Made by a program: the position numbers and the translations under genes | IMG/VR virus record: IMGVR_UViG_3300035698_018317 | Coordinates: 161,285 to 225,284 of that record | Strand: one strand, 5' to 3' | Length of the DNA stretch: 64,000 bases | Notes under the pieces: generated by a model | Database searches by the model: none | What the model was told of the DNA's origin: nothing | The model's input: only the letters and a program-made list of their open reading frames with translations | Shown: one piece after another, positions 26,921 to 36,820 of the stretch | Layout: each line of letters begins with the position of its first letter | Position numbering within the stretch: position 1 is the first letter of the stretch

Positions 26921-27922
26921 TTAAGAGACACTCATTACGATTCCATTGACTACTGTGATGGAGGTAACCGCTCCGTTGAAATAACCATACCCACTTGTGC
27001 CAGACGCCGCAAAGAAGGTCGCAGCTACAGTTCCATTGTTAGTAGCATCGACGGTTCCTCCATAGGATTGCATAATCATATTTCCTTGTGCCGCTATACT
27101 TCCAGCAGACGTACCATAAGCCATGAAAACGGTGCCCGCCCCGACATCGCAATTACCGTATTGTGAATAAAAACCGCCAGCAGTAAAATCACTGTTACAT
27201 GAACCATAGGACATAGTCATACTACCATTAGCAGTAAAATCACCGGATGATGAACCTTGGCCCATATAAACCGAGCTTGCATATGCATAACCCGCATACA
27301 TCGAGCCGCAAGTGAACACGTTATTGCATGAACCATCGCTCATATACACAGTGCCAGAGTTACAATATATATTGTTGGTAGCATAGATGTCGGCCCCAGT
27401 TATCGCACCGTAAGCCGAAAAACTGGTCCCCGCTGCGTTAGCGTAAATTGTGCCTTCAGTATACATAATTCCATCAGCACGAACATCTTGGCATTGTAAC
27501 GTACCTAACCCAGCACCAACCCCGTATTCGCCAAGTTGTAAGGAATTAGACGAGTTGTTTACACCTTGACCAATTTGCCAACAGTTAGCTTGAGCAGCAG
27601 TCGCACCATCACCAAAAGCAAAAGAATTAGCCCCCACTGCTGTTGTGTTACCTCCTAGAGCAAAAGAAGCGTTCCCTAATGCTGTAGCTGAGCTTCCTTG
27701 AGCAAAAGACGGTCCCCCTGATGCTGTAGTTGAGCTTCCTTGAGCAAAAGAACTTGGCCCTGATGCTGTAACGCTGCTTCCTTGAGCAAAAGAGCCAATG
27801 ACTCCCGAAGCAGTAACAGCACTTCCTTGAGCGAAGGACTGAGTATCGGCACTGTTTTCACTTGCAATTTTGTCTAACGTAACAAAATCAATATTATTTT
27901 CTACATACGCATTATCAGGCAT
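26921..27922 (-). CDS. adhesin/fibre-like protein with YadA-head-like repeats
   Basis: Repeated SFAQGSS.TASG units followed by a Gly/Ser/Tyr-rich beta repeat; TAAATA upstream. Confidence 0.75.
   Translation of the reverse strand: MPDNAYVENNIDFVTLDKIASENSADTQSFAQGSAVTASGVIGSFAQGSSVTASGPSSFAQGSSTTASGGPSFAQGSSATALGNASFALGGNTTAVGANSFAFGDGATAAQANCWQIGQGVNNSSNSLQLGEYGVGAGLGTLQCQDVRADGIMYTEGTIYANAAGTSFSAYGAITGADIYATNNIYCNSGTVYMSDGSCNNVFTCGSMYAGYAYASSVYMGQGSSSGDFTANGSMTMSYGSCNSDFTAGGFYSQYGNCDVGAGTVFMAYGTSAGSIAAQGNMIMQSYGGTVDATNNGTVAATFFAASGTSGYGYFNGAVTSITVVNGIVMSVS
27650..27850. repeat. ~42-bp coding tandem repeats (SFAQGS units)
   Basis: cttccttgagc(a/g)aa repeated four times. Confidence 0.75.
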
Positions 27923-28064
27923 ATTTCCCTCACTTATTTATTTAACTAACTACTGAGAGTATGTATGCCGCCAAGAGGAAAATCTTTATAAGAGTATATT
28001 AGAAAACCTCATGATAATTGCTTATCATGAGGTTTTCTAGTTGTTGTTGTTGTTTTTTTTTTAT

Positions 28065-28352
28065 TTATTCAACTTCTTCCATAGGCAGCACAACTGCTTC
28101 TGTAGCTGTTGCTTCTATGAAAGCAACGGCTCTAAGATATAAAGCCTGCATTTCTGCTGCTGCTGGTGTTCCCAAAGCTGCTATTAGCTCAGGTTTGCCA
28201 TAGGTAGAAACAGTAGTTCTTACCTGTTGCAGATAATTTTGCATATTTCGTACCATCCTATTTGACGCTTTAATGAGACGATTTGCTCCTACAACACCAG
28301 CTTCTTCGGTGCCTATTTCAAAATCTAATAAAACATTTCCTTGGTCTGCCAT
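28065..28352 (-). CDS. hypothetical protein
   Basis: SD AGGAGA upstream. Confidence 0.7.
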   Translation of the reverse strand: MADQGNVLLDFEIGTEEAGVVGANRLIKASNRMVRNMQNYLQQVRTTVSTYGKPELIAALGTPAAAEMQALYLRAVAFIEATATEAVVLPMEEVE

Positions 28353-28632
28353 AATTTTCTCTCCTATATTATTCGCTTAAAATAATAACTACTTTATATA
28401 TGGATTATCATTATTTTTTTTTAAATCTTCTTTTATTATATGTAAATTGAGTTGTATTTAAGAAGATATTGGTGTATATAAAGATAACAGTCAAGATGCT
28501 CAGCCGTGTAATAAATAAAGCGTTTTCTTTTAGAAGACCAAAAGAGGCCCAACACGAACGGGCATGGGTGACTGAAAATTAAAACGGGCCTCTTATGCAG
28601 CAGATGAGTTAAATCCTTATCTGCTGCACTTT

Positions 28633-29631
28633 TTAAGCTACTTGGGTTTTTTCTGGGTTTCCAAAAAACCCAATATCCCAATAAATAGCATGAAGAATAT
28701 CTAGAAGGGTGAAATCTTTAAAGCAATCAATAAATACTTTAGAGTTTTTAGCGAATTTAATAGAGAATTGATGATTTACAATAATGGGGATATGAACTAA
28801 TTCATTCATAGGTGTCATTGTAACACTGTGTTGTTCTGTGTTGGGTATTTCCGTCGAGGAGACCTCTCCTACACCGAAAAATTTACTTAAGATATAGAAT
28901 TTTTTATTATCAAGTTCTCCCTGTGAACTTACTTGTAGATATTCGATATCAGTAGAAAGTTTTTTAGGTCTTATTTTGGCTGCTTTATGAAAAGCTGAAA
29001 TATCGCAAGATGAATATTTACTCATGAAATCTTTTAGTATTTCATTACTGTTGACAAATCTGAAGATATCTCCCAGAGTGGTGCCTCCAATAATTTTACA
29101 TTTGGACATCAGGCACTTAATCACATCGTCAGATGGAACCATATGGTATTTTTCATCTATAAAACCATTTCTTGTAAGATAGCCACAAGAAAAATCAGAT
29201 TTAGCGTCGGCAAACAAAATATCAATAATTTCAAGGAGGGTCCATCTCATAGAAGCAGGAAGTGGAGTTTTATCTTTGTTTTTTATTTTTATTTCATTTT
29301 TTAATATAAGTGGTTTATCTGTTAGGTCTTTTGAAGTGGAGGAAGCGGGGCTTATATTAAGATTGTCATGTTTTAAAGTTATATTTCTTGAAATAAGAAT
29401 AGGTGGTAAAATAAACAGATGGTGTGGGTAGCAGGCTTCTACAAAACACTTAAGAGAATCATTTTTTGAAATGATTCTCAATAAGTCTTCCCATGTTACC
29501 CCACTGTCAATCGTACAAGATGCACGAAGATAGGGCCACACATCTTCTATTTTTGTTCGTAAAAAGCTATTAGTTCCTTGAATCGGTTTCTTACAACGAA
29601 TATCTGTCTTTGTTATTTCAATGTGATTCAT
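28633..29631 (-). CDS. hypothetical protein with internal domain duplication
   Basis: VTWEDLLRIISKNDSLKCF vs TTLGDIFRFVNSNEILKDF; WTLLEII vs FTLLDIL. Confidence 0.7.
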   Translation of the reverse strand: MNHIEITKTDIRCKKPIQGTNSFLRTKIEDVWPYLRASCTIDSGVTWEDLLRIISKNDSLKCFVEACYPHHLFILPPILISRNITLKHDNLNISPASSTSKDLTDKPLILKNEIKIKNKDKTPLPASMRWTLLEIIDILFADAKSDFSCGYLTRNGFIDEKYHMVPSDDVIKCLMSKCKIIGGTTLGDIFRFVNSNEILKDFMSKYSSCDISAFHKAAKIRPKKLSTDIEYLQVSSQGELDNKKFYILSKFFGVGEVSSTEIPNTEQHSVTMTPMNELVHIPIIVNHQFSIKFAKNSKVFIDCFKDFTLLDILHAIYWDIGFFGNPEKTQVA

Positions 29632-29858
29632 AGTATTCCAGTAAGCGGGATTCTGTTTTATGACTGCATTTATCTCACCTTACGGTGGCGGCTCATGCCG
29701 CTGCCACTACCCGACCATTATAGTGCTGCTCACCCACTAGGTCTGTACGTGTTGCATTCTCGGTGGTGCAAATGGACATAAGCCCTCCCACCTTAAGCAG
29801 AAATGTCCTGACTTTCCTCTGTTTTAAAAATCAAAACAGCGCAGTCTCAGAACACTAT
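29630..29858 (-). ncRNA. rnpB: RNase P RNA (compact, reduced specificity domain)
   Basis: Minus strand: P1 ATAGTGTTCT/GGAATACTAT, P2 GACTGC/GCAGTC, P3 CTGTTTT/AAAACAG, CR-I GAGGAAAGTC, GGGTAG, P18 CACC-GTAA-GGTG, CR-IV AGATAAAT, CR-V AACAGAATCCCGCTTA. Confidence 0.88.
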
Positions 29859-29861
29859 AAA

Positions 29862-30299
29862 TCACATTCTAATTTCTTTAACAATATCAGTAACTATTTT
29901 GCCATCAGCTTTTTTGCCAGTACTTTTTAGAGCCTTCATAGCAAGTCCTGTTGCTTGACCATCTGAGCGGCAATCTTTTATATCTGTCATATGTGGATAA
30001 AGAAAGTGTATTATTTCTTCTTTTTCCATCATAGCTGGAAGGAAGGTAGTGAGAATTTCATTTTCTCTTTTTATAGCGTCTAGTTTCTCTTGAGCATGAG
30101 TATGTTCGATATTAGCTTCATTTAAAACGATTATTTTCCGAATAATTCTTTGTTCGTCTTCTTCGGAAATCCCATTTTTAGCCCTACTCTGAGCCGCCTG
30201 TATTTCACTGGCTGCATATTTCAGGACATCCCTAGCAAACGTATCTCCCGACTTCATTGCTTGGGTAATTTGTTCTCGTATTGTATTAGATAAACTCAT
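29862..30299 (-). CDS. GatB/YqeY domain protein
   Basis: AMKSGD..ARDVL...I..A...E..IL..FLP.MM...G.AMK...GKADGK.V..IVK. Confidence 0.82.
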   Translation of the reverse strand: MSLSNTIREQITQAMKSGDTFARDVLKYAASEIQAAQSRAKNGISEEDEQRIIRKIIVLNEANIEHTHAQEKLDAIKRENEILTTFLPAMMEKEEIIHFLYPHMTDIKDCRSDGQATGLAMKALKSTGKKADGKIVTDIVKEIRM

Positions 30300-31015
30300 G
30301 CCTTCTTCCTCGGTCTTTTTGGTTTTTTATGTTTTTTCTTAATGACCTTCTTCAAGGTTTTTCGTCTTGCGGGGTTACTTGGGATTGGTGGCCCTTTTTC
30401 GGGGTCAAAAGAATATCCCATCGAACTCGGTTTCTTTTTCTTAATCTTAACTATAGGTTTGTCCTCACGAACAGTACCCGCTGGATACCACGGCGGTGAT
30501 TCATCAAGCGACATTTCAGTGGAGACATATAAATTTTTTGAGTTTTTTGAGTGTTGTTTTGCGTATGCACTAATGCCAACATTGACACCACTTCCTGCCG
30601 TATCAATACTGCCAACCGAAACGCCGCCATGTGTTTTCAACTCTGATACTTCAGGTTCTTTCTTCTTTTTCTTAGATTCGCTATTTTTGTTGACCCATCC
30701 ATCTTCTGTGAAGTCTAACGTGCCGTTTTTGAAACCTTCAAGCTCTTTTTTGTTTAAATTTCTTCCACAGCAACATGTAGTCAGTTCTTCTTTTGGTAAT
30801 CCACATTGAGTACAAACCGTTTCTATTTCTTTAGAACAAACTCGACAATGTTCTTTACCACAAGAGCATTTAAGAAAATTATGCTCACGATTATTCCTTC
30901 CTAATGGTGATTTATACTTCCATCTACCGGGGGCAGAGTTATAGCTATATTGCGGTTCAACACCTTCACTTACTGCTGGTGCGGCACTTATTCTTCCTGT
31001 TTGTATCTTAGCCAT
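30296..31015 (-). CDS. hypothetical basic protein with Cys cluster
   Basis: CSC..HC..C...C..C...CCC; Lys-rich tail. Confidence 0.65.
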   Translation of the reverse strand: MAKIQTGRISAAPAVSEGVEPQYSYNSAPGRWKYKSPLGRNNREHNFLKCSCGKEHCRVCSKEIETVCTQCGLPKEELTTCCCGRNLNKKELEGFKNGTLDFTEDGWVNKNSESKKKKKEPEVSELKTHGGVSVGSIDTAGSGVNVGISAYAKQHSKNSKNLYVSTEMSLDESPPWYPAGTVREDKPIVKIKKKKPSSMGYSFDPEKGPPIPSNPARRKTLKKVIKKKHKKPKRPRKKA

Positions 31016-31070
31016 GTGTGATAGTATACCTGTTTCTAGGGGAAATTTCTTGGGAAAACCTACAGTTTTC

Positions 31071-31541
31071 TCAATTTTTTTTCGAGAGAACTGATTTCAT
31101 TCCAGTTCGATTTTTGAATTCGGATATTTTTTCCCAGAGTTTAGGAATCCCTAAAACTTGAATATAGGTAAATTCCGGCATTCCGCTTCTCTGAGCGATA
31201 AATCCTATTGTGGGGTCCATAACATAAACCTTACCTTTAAGATTCAACTCTACCCACGCATGAAATCTTTTAGATTTGTTATGGGTTATACCAAAAACAA
31301 CATTCGCATTATACCCATTTTGACGTAATAAATAAAGCAAAAGTAGAGAAATGTCTTCACAATCTCCTTTTTTTATTCTCAATGTCTTTTCTGGGGCTTG
31401 CCATTCGTCTTTTTTAAAGTCTTCTTTTTCATATTTAATCTCCGTACATTCTTGGAATATATTCAAGACAGACCTAGGCGGCGTATATAAAAATGTTAAG
31501 AAAAGAGTCGCTAAAAGACTAATTATTATGAATCTCCCCAT
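31071..31541 (-). CDS. transglutaminase-like cysteine protease with N-terminal signal/TM segment
   Basis: GDCED, FHAWV, VMDPT catalytic triad pattern. Confidence 0.8.
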   Translation of the reverse strand: MGRFIIISLLATLFLTFLYTPPRSVLNIFQECTEIKYEKEDFKKDEWQAPEKTLRIKKGDCEDISLLLLYLLRQNGYNANVVFGITHNKSKRFHAWVELNLKGKVYVMDPTIGFIAQRSGMPEFTYIQVLGIPKLWEKISEFKNRTGMKSVLSKKN

Positions 31542-31589
31542 ACAAATATATACTTGCTATTTTACAGTAAATAATTTATAATATACGAC

Positions 31590-31865
31590 ATGGTAGTACA
31601 TTGCAAAAAAAGTAAATATGATGTGTATATTGGTCGGCCTTCAAAGTGGGGCAATCCATTTAATATTGGTGAAGACGGCACAAGAGATGAAGTTTGTGAT
31701 AAGTTTGAGGAATGGTTTCTCAAACAACCAGAATTAGTTGAAGAATGTAAAAAAGAATTACGTGGAAAAACTCTCGGTTGTTGGTGTGCCCCATTGCGAT
31801 GCCATGGAGATTTTCTTTCTAAAATAGCTAATGATGATTCAGAAAATAAACAATTTAGTATATAA
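31590..31865 (+). CDS. DUF4326-like protein
   Basis: YIGRPSKWGNPF...LRGKTLGCWCAP..CHGD. Confidence 0.88.
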   Translation: MVVHCKKSKYDVYIGRPSKWGNPFNIGEDGTRDEVCDKFEEWFLKQPELVEECKKELRGKTLGCWCAPLRCHGDFLSKIANDDSENKQFSI

Positions 31866-31871
31866 TAACTT

Positions 31872-33308
31872 GTGAAAAAAGCTTTTATAAAAACTCAAAA
31901 CACCTATTCATGGTTAACCACTAATAGTGATGAAGTAAGTACTGTCCTTTGGAAAGCATTACGATTCAGAGCTAAGAACTATTTCCATAGTAGATTGTAC
32001 AAACAAAGAATCTGGGATGGCTACACTGAATTCTATAAGAAAATTAGTGGTAGATTTCTTACAGGTTTACTTCCAGAAGTAAAAGCAGCGTTAAGATATT
32101 TGAATGTTTCATATCAAATTTCAGATGAGCGAAACACCATATCTCTATTACACAATGAAATAGATAAAAACTTTTTAAGTAATTTTGAGAAGGGTGGACG
32201 CCCCATTGAGCTTGAAGATTACCAAGTAGATTATACCAATCAAATTCTTAAACATAAACGTGGAATCATATTAGCACCAACTGCTAGTGGAAAGACTCTG
32301 GTGATGATGTGTATTCTTAAGTGCCTTAATGAAAAAACTCCTGCTTTGGTTTTGACCAATAGAAAAGGTCTCGCTCAACAAAACTATGAAGAAATGCAAG
32401 AGCTTGGAATCAAACGGGCTGGTGTATTACATTCAGACTGTAAAGAGCCAAATATTATTACGTGTGCCACATGGCAATCATTACACAGATTAGAGAAGTT
32501 ACTTCCTCATATACGAGTTGTTATTGTAGATGAAATCCATGAGATGATGTCAGATGGTCCTAAAAAGTTTTACAATAAGCTCAAAGGAACATGTGTGAGA
32601 GTAGCTGTTAGTGCAACTCCGTTTAAATTCGGTGGAAAAGATAAACCACAAAAATATTCCGTAAAGGGCTATTTTGGTCCCATTATGAAAACTAAATCAG
32701 CCTCGGCTGAAAAGGGCGTCTTAACTACAAAGAAATTGCAAGAACACGGAAGGCTATCAAAAACAAAATGCACCTTCTTCCCAGTTACAGAACCTCAATT
32801 GCCATATGCGATTTATTTGGATGCGGTTGAAAAGGGCATTTCCCAGAATTTATCTTTCAATAATATGGTCGCTAAACTTGCAAAAAGTTTAAAAGGAAGA
32901 ACTCTTGTAATAGTTGAGCGATTGGCCCATGGCGATTTGTTACATAATCTTCTACCTAATTCCTTATGGGTTCAAGGAAAAGATGATTTAAAAACCAGAA
33001 AGATAGTTGTTGATAGATTGCAAGAATTTCAAAATGATGTTGTTGCAATTGCTACTCAAGGAATCTTTAACACTGGTCTTAATGTTAAAGCTCACAATCT
33101 TATTAATGCCGCAGGTGGTCAGGCTGAACACGTTATTATCCAACGCTTTGGTAGAGGGTTGAGAACTGCTGACGATAAGGACTATTTAGACTATTATGAT
33201 TTTGTTTTTAAAATTAATGATTACTTAGAAGAACACAGTAAAAACAGGATTAAAATTCTCAAGAAGGAAGGTCACGAAATAAACATAAAAGATTCGTTTA
33301 TGCTCTAA
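31872..33308 (+). CDS. uvsW: superfamily 2 DNA helicase (T4 UvsW-like)
   Basis: APTASGKT, IVDEIH, SATP, QRFGRGLR, DYYD. Confidence 0.85.
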   Translation: MKKAFIKTQNTYSWLTTNSDEVSTVLWKALRFRAKNYFHSRLYKQRIWDGYTEFYKKISGRFLTGLLPEVKAALRYLNVSYQISDERNTISLLHNEIDKNFLSNFEKGGRPIELEDYQVDYTNQILKHKRGIILAPTASGKTLVMMCILKCLNEKTPALVLTNRKGLAQQNYEEMQELGIKRAGVLHSDCKEPNIITCATWQSLHRLEKLLPHIRVVIVDEIHEMMSDGPKKFYNKLKGTCVRVAVSATPFKFGGKDKPQKYSVKGYFGPIMKTKSASAEKGVLTTKKLQEHGRLSKTKCTFFPVTEPQLPYAIYLDAVEKGISQNLSFNNMVAKLAKSLKGRTLVIVERLAHGDLLHNLLPNSLWVQGKDDLKTRKIVVDRLQEFQNDVVAIATQGIFNTGLNVKAHNLINAAGGQAEHVIIQRFGRGLRTADDKDYLDYYDFVFKINDYLEEHSKNRIKILKKEGHEINIKDSFML

Positions 33309-33344
33309 GGCACCATTTCTAAGTTTCCATGCCTAAATACTGTA

Positions 33345-34538
33345 ATGGCGGTTGAATTCAAAATATGGTTAGAGAATAGTGACGTTGTTTCTTTTCTAGA
33401 AGGAATCAAGCGTTCTGTGTTAAGTTCTCTTAAAGCAGAAGATGGTAAAGTATCATTTAGTTTTCCTTCTTTTGAGTCACAACCATTAACTCTCGCTGCC
33501 CATCGTAAATTAAAAGGAAACATTCTTTCTGAAGGATACGGGCAACAAGGCAAATATGGCAAAGGAACTTTAGCTTTTAAAGCTGTTCAAAATCAAGTAT
33601 TTCCAGATTTAAATCAACAACAAGCTGATGTGTTCCAAAAAAGAATGCAACGTGGTCCCAAGGAAGTTGGAAAAGAAATGGGCCTTATGTTTGAGTTAGA
33701 AGTTTATTTATACTTACTCGAAGTAGCTAACCTCCAACCTAGAGGGGAAAGAGGTCCGGGTTGGGTAAGAACACAAAATATAGTTCAATACGAAACAATA
33801 AAAAAGAAAACAAGTAAAACTCTTGCTGACCAACTTGTGATGCTAGTAAGGTATCACGCTAAAGAATTAGCCACAAGTATGCTTAAACGCACACAACAGA
33901 TGCTTAAGGATTGTAAGGTAAGTTATATTGTGTTTAGTGGCGGTGAGTTCTTTAAAACACATGGAACGCATAGACAAACTGCTGATATGGTTTTAGGATG
34001 CAGTGAAAAAAGTGTGGGTCACTCTCTCAAATTCACAAGTGAAACAATGCCAACAATCGCTAATCTGTGGAATAAACAATCTTTCATTATGTTTGGTGGA
34101 AAAAAGATAGCCACGTTTTCAGACGAATTAGGGAAATATGAAGAAGGCAGTAAAGAAGAATCAAAATTTGTATTAGATAATCTGGAAGAATTAATTAAGG
34201 ATTTAGTTAATAAACCAGTTAAGTTAAATTATGTAATTAACAAACTTCTTCTTGGTGCCGAGGAAACAGGAGAAATTTCCAATACTGTTCCTGCATTTAG
34301 AAATTATATTAAAGGAAGAGGTGAAGCTGGTTTCGCCCCTGCAATTAGAAAAAACTTTAGAGTTTCTTATCAAGATGGTAACAAAATTCTCATTAAGCCA
34401 AATTCTGAAATTGGAGTAAGAAGAACAAAAAGTTATATAAACATATACATAACAGCACCCGACTCAAACACTCCTACCATAATCAAAGTTGAAGCAAAAA
34501 GAGGGCAAATTATAGTAAAAATGAGCGGGTTGATTTAA
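33345..34538 (+). CDS. putative restriction-endonuclease-like protein with CTS-like N-terminus (MAVEFKIWLE)
   Basis: G.MFELEV...TADMVL...HSLK resembles the PD-(D/E)XK core; CTAAATA upstream. Confidence 0.55.
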   Translation: MAVEFKIWLENSDVVSFLEGIKRSVLSSLKAEDGKVSFSFPSFESQPLTLAAHRKLKGNILSEGYGQQGKYGKGTLAFKAVQNQVFPDLNQQQADVFQKRMQRGPKEVGKEMGLMFELEVYLYLLEVANLQPRGERGPGWVRTQNIVQYETIKKKTSKTLADQLVMLVRYHAKELATSMLKRTQQMLKDCKVSYIVFSGGEFFKTHGTHRQTADMVLGCSEKSVGHSLKFTSETMPTIANLWNKQSFIMFGGKKIATFSDELGKYEEGSKEESKFVLDNLEELIKDLVNKPVKLNYVINKLLLGAEETGEISNTVPAFRNYIKGRGEAGFAPAIRKNFRVSYQDGNKILIKPNSEIGVRRTKSYINIYITAPDSNTPTIIKVEAKRGQIIVKMSGLI

Positions 34539-34552
34539 ACCCGCTCATTTTT
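34517..34552. terminator. bidirectional terminator between convergent genes
   Basis: AAAAATGAGCGGGTT-GATTT-AAACCCGCTCATTTTT. Confidence 0.85.
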
Positions 34553-35231
34553 ACTTTTTCCTTTCCAAAATCTCTTCTGGAGTAAGATTAGGTTGCCATT
34601 GTCTGATTTTTTTTCTGAGAACTGACAGAGGGACACCATGTTCGTTGCCACTAACTCCATACTTATCAGCCATACCTTGATGATGCCCAGCTAAGAACCT
34701 TGCAAAATCTTCTAATTGTGTTCCATATTGTCCTTTATCAGACAACATATGAGCATGGTCTTGCCACCAAGGAGAAGTTGGTTCTTGTATGTAAGTCACA
34801 TATCCAGCTTTTTGAGCAGCAATAACGTAATTTTCCATTTCCCATGCTTGGACATTAGTGTTGTCAATAATGATAGGATGGACATTTTCAGATAGAGCCT
34901 TTTTAAATCTCCTGAAGTTCCAATCATGAGCGGCCCGTAATTTATCTCCACTCCAATTTTCTCTATAAGTTTCTGGCTCTAATTCTGCATAGTATGCTTC
35001 GTCAATTTCTTCACCACGTTCAAGTTTATCTTGTTTTTCTTTGATAATCTCTAATATGAAAAAATCATCCGAGCCAAAGATATGACTTGCAGGGTCTAAA
35101 TTTTCTCCGTATTGTTTTAAAACTTCTTTAGCGGTATAACTTTTACCACTTCCTGAAATACCTCTCATGATAACACAGGTTTTTTGTTCTTTACGGTCTA
35201 CGTAATTTACGAATCTCATTCCATCACTCAT
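34551..35231 (-). CDS. P-loop kinase (AAA_33 / N4BP2-type polynucleotide kinase-like)
   Basis: MRGISGSGKS, IIIDNTN, WE..NY, QEP..PW. Confidence 0.78.
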   Translation of the reverse strand: MSDGMRFVNYVDRKEQKTCVIMRGISGSGKSYTAKEVLKQYGENLDPASHIFGSDDFFILEIIKEKQDKLERGEEIDEAYYAELEPETYRENWSGDKLRAAHDWNFRRFKKALSENVHPIIIDNTNVQAWEMENYVIAAQKAGYVTYIQEPTSPWWQDHAHMLSDKGQYGTQLEDFARFLAGHHQGMADKYGVSGNEHGVPLSVLRKKIRQWQPNLTPEEILERKK

Positions 35232-35899
35232 TTGTATACCACCTTTGAAAACCATATAGGTTCTTCATCCACAATCCAAGTCATTCCGCAATTTTTCATG
35301 CCGCTAATGAATGCACTGCTATGTTTTGCTACTTCTTCTGAAAAATCTTCATTGTTAGATTCTAATATTTTACTAGCTTTTTCACATTCTTTCTTTATTT
35401 CCTCACGGGTATTTCCGATTGCAAGTTTAGAAAACATTACAGACGGAGCACCGTGTGTGACTAATACGTATTTATCATGTCCAGATTTTTTTAGGTCCAG
35501 AAGTAGTTCAAGAGAACGGTCTATCCAAACATCAATAGACTCTGGATTAAATTTTCTACTGTCATCGTCTAACCAATCATTAGGCCAACCAATATTCTGA
35601 AAAAGTAAAGACCTATTTGGAATATCAATTATTTCAGGGTTATGAAATCTATACTCACCCAATCTGTCATCTACATGAAATTCAGTCTCCAATATTTCAG
35701 ACAAAACAGATGCGGTCTGTAGAGTTCTATTATAGGGGCTAACAAGCCCTTTGTAATCCTCAAATTTAAAATTTTCGTACAACCAAGTAGCTGTTCTACA
35801 AACTTGAGTCATCCCTGCATCTGTCAAGGTGCTATCTAAGTTATAAGTAACCCCCATATTACGACGACTTTCTGCATGTCTAATTATCAATAATTCCAT
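35228..35899 (-). CDS. histidine phosphatase family protein
   Basis: IIRHAES, SPYNRTLQTA, LGE, LVTHG. Confidence 0.88.
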   Translation of the reverse strand: MELLIIRHAESRRNMGVTYNLDSTLTDAGMTQVCRTATWLYENFKFEDYKGLVSPYNRTLQTASVLSEILETEFHVDDRLGEYRFHNPEIIDIPNRSLLFQNIGWPNDWLDDDSRKFNPESIDVWIDRSLELLLDLKKSGHDKYVLVTHGAPSVMFSKLAIGNTREEIKKECEKASKILESNNEDFSEEVAKHSSAFISGMKNCGMTWIVDEEPIWFSKVVYK

Positions 35900-35939
35900 A
35901 CTGTTATTTTACAATAAAAGGCAATAAATTTCCAATGAT

Positions 35940-36752
35940 TTATACGAAACGTAAAGGTAATGGTAGTTTTTTCCCATATGGCATAAAAATGGCATCTATT
36001 ACATGGGTGGGTGATAATGTTTTAATTAAACTATTAAAATCTATTTCGGTCCAAACACATCCGCCTTTAAATGTACGAGCATAATAAATGACTTCATAAC
36101 CAAATGACATGATTTGATATAAAGTTCTTTTGATGTTTTCACCCGTATTGGTGCGACATGCATTACAATTTAATTCGATAAATAGAATTGGGCATTCATC
36201 AAAAATTTTCATACCACCTCTTAAGACGAATTTTTCCACACCTTCTACATCCATTTTTACAACATCTATATGAGGAAGTTTTAGGTTGTCTAGCTTTTTT
36301 ACTTCGATATCGGTTTTTATAGCATCAGATTCATGATGATTAACAGTAGTAAAATGGCTTTGTCCGGGGTGTGAGGGAAGATGACAAAATACTCTAGTTT
36401 CATCTTGGTCCCACAAACCTATGTTGTGACAAGTGATGTTATCACATTTATTTAATTCAATAGTTTTCAATAAATGTTTAAAGTTTTCTTTACTGGGTTC
36501 GATTGCAATAACTTCTTTGGCTAATTTAGATGCGAATACACTGTGTATTCCAACATTAGCTCCGATATCTAAAAACACATCATCTGAACTAAGAATTTTT
36601 TCTAAAGCACCTTGGACATGAGGTTCCCACTGCTGGTGCATGTCTAATGCTTGTTCTATATAACCGTCATTTTCGTCAAATCCTGAGATAGAAAGACAAT
36701 CCACACCCATTCTTTCTCTTAATTTTTTTGGGATTTGTAGTTTCCTAATCAT
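35940..36752 (-). CDS. FkbM family methyltransferase
   Basis: FLDIGANVGIHS, IEP, KMDVEGVE..VLRG. Confidence 0.9.
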   Translation of the reverse strand: MIRKLQIPKKLRERMGVDCLSISGFDENDGYIEQALDMHQQWEPHVQGALEKILSSDDVFLDIGANVGIHSVFASKLAKEVIAIEPSKENFKHLLKTIELNKCDNITCHNIGLWDQDETRVFCHLPSHPGQSHFTTVNHHESDAIKTDIEVKKLDNLKLPHIDVVKMDVEGVEKFVLRGGMKIFDECPILFIELNCNACRTNTGENIKRTLYQIMSFGYEVIYYARTFKGGCVWTEIDFNSLIKTLSPTHVIDAIFMPYGKKLPLPLRFV

Positions 36753-36820
36753 GTAAATAAAAGAGTAAATTTAAGAAAAAACAACTATTTTTTAACCCAT
36801 TTTATGATATAATACATGTT

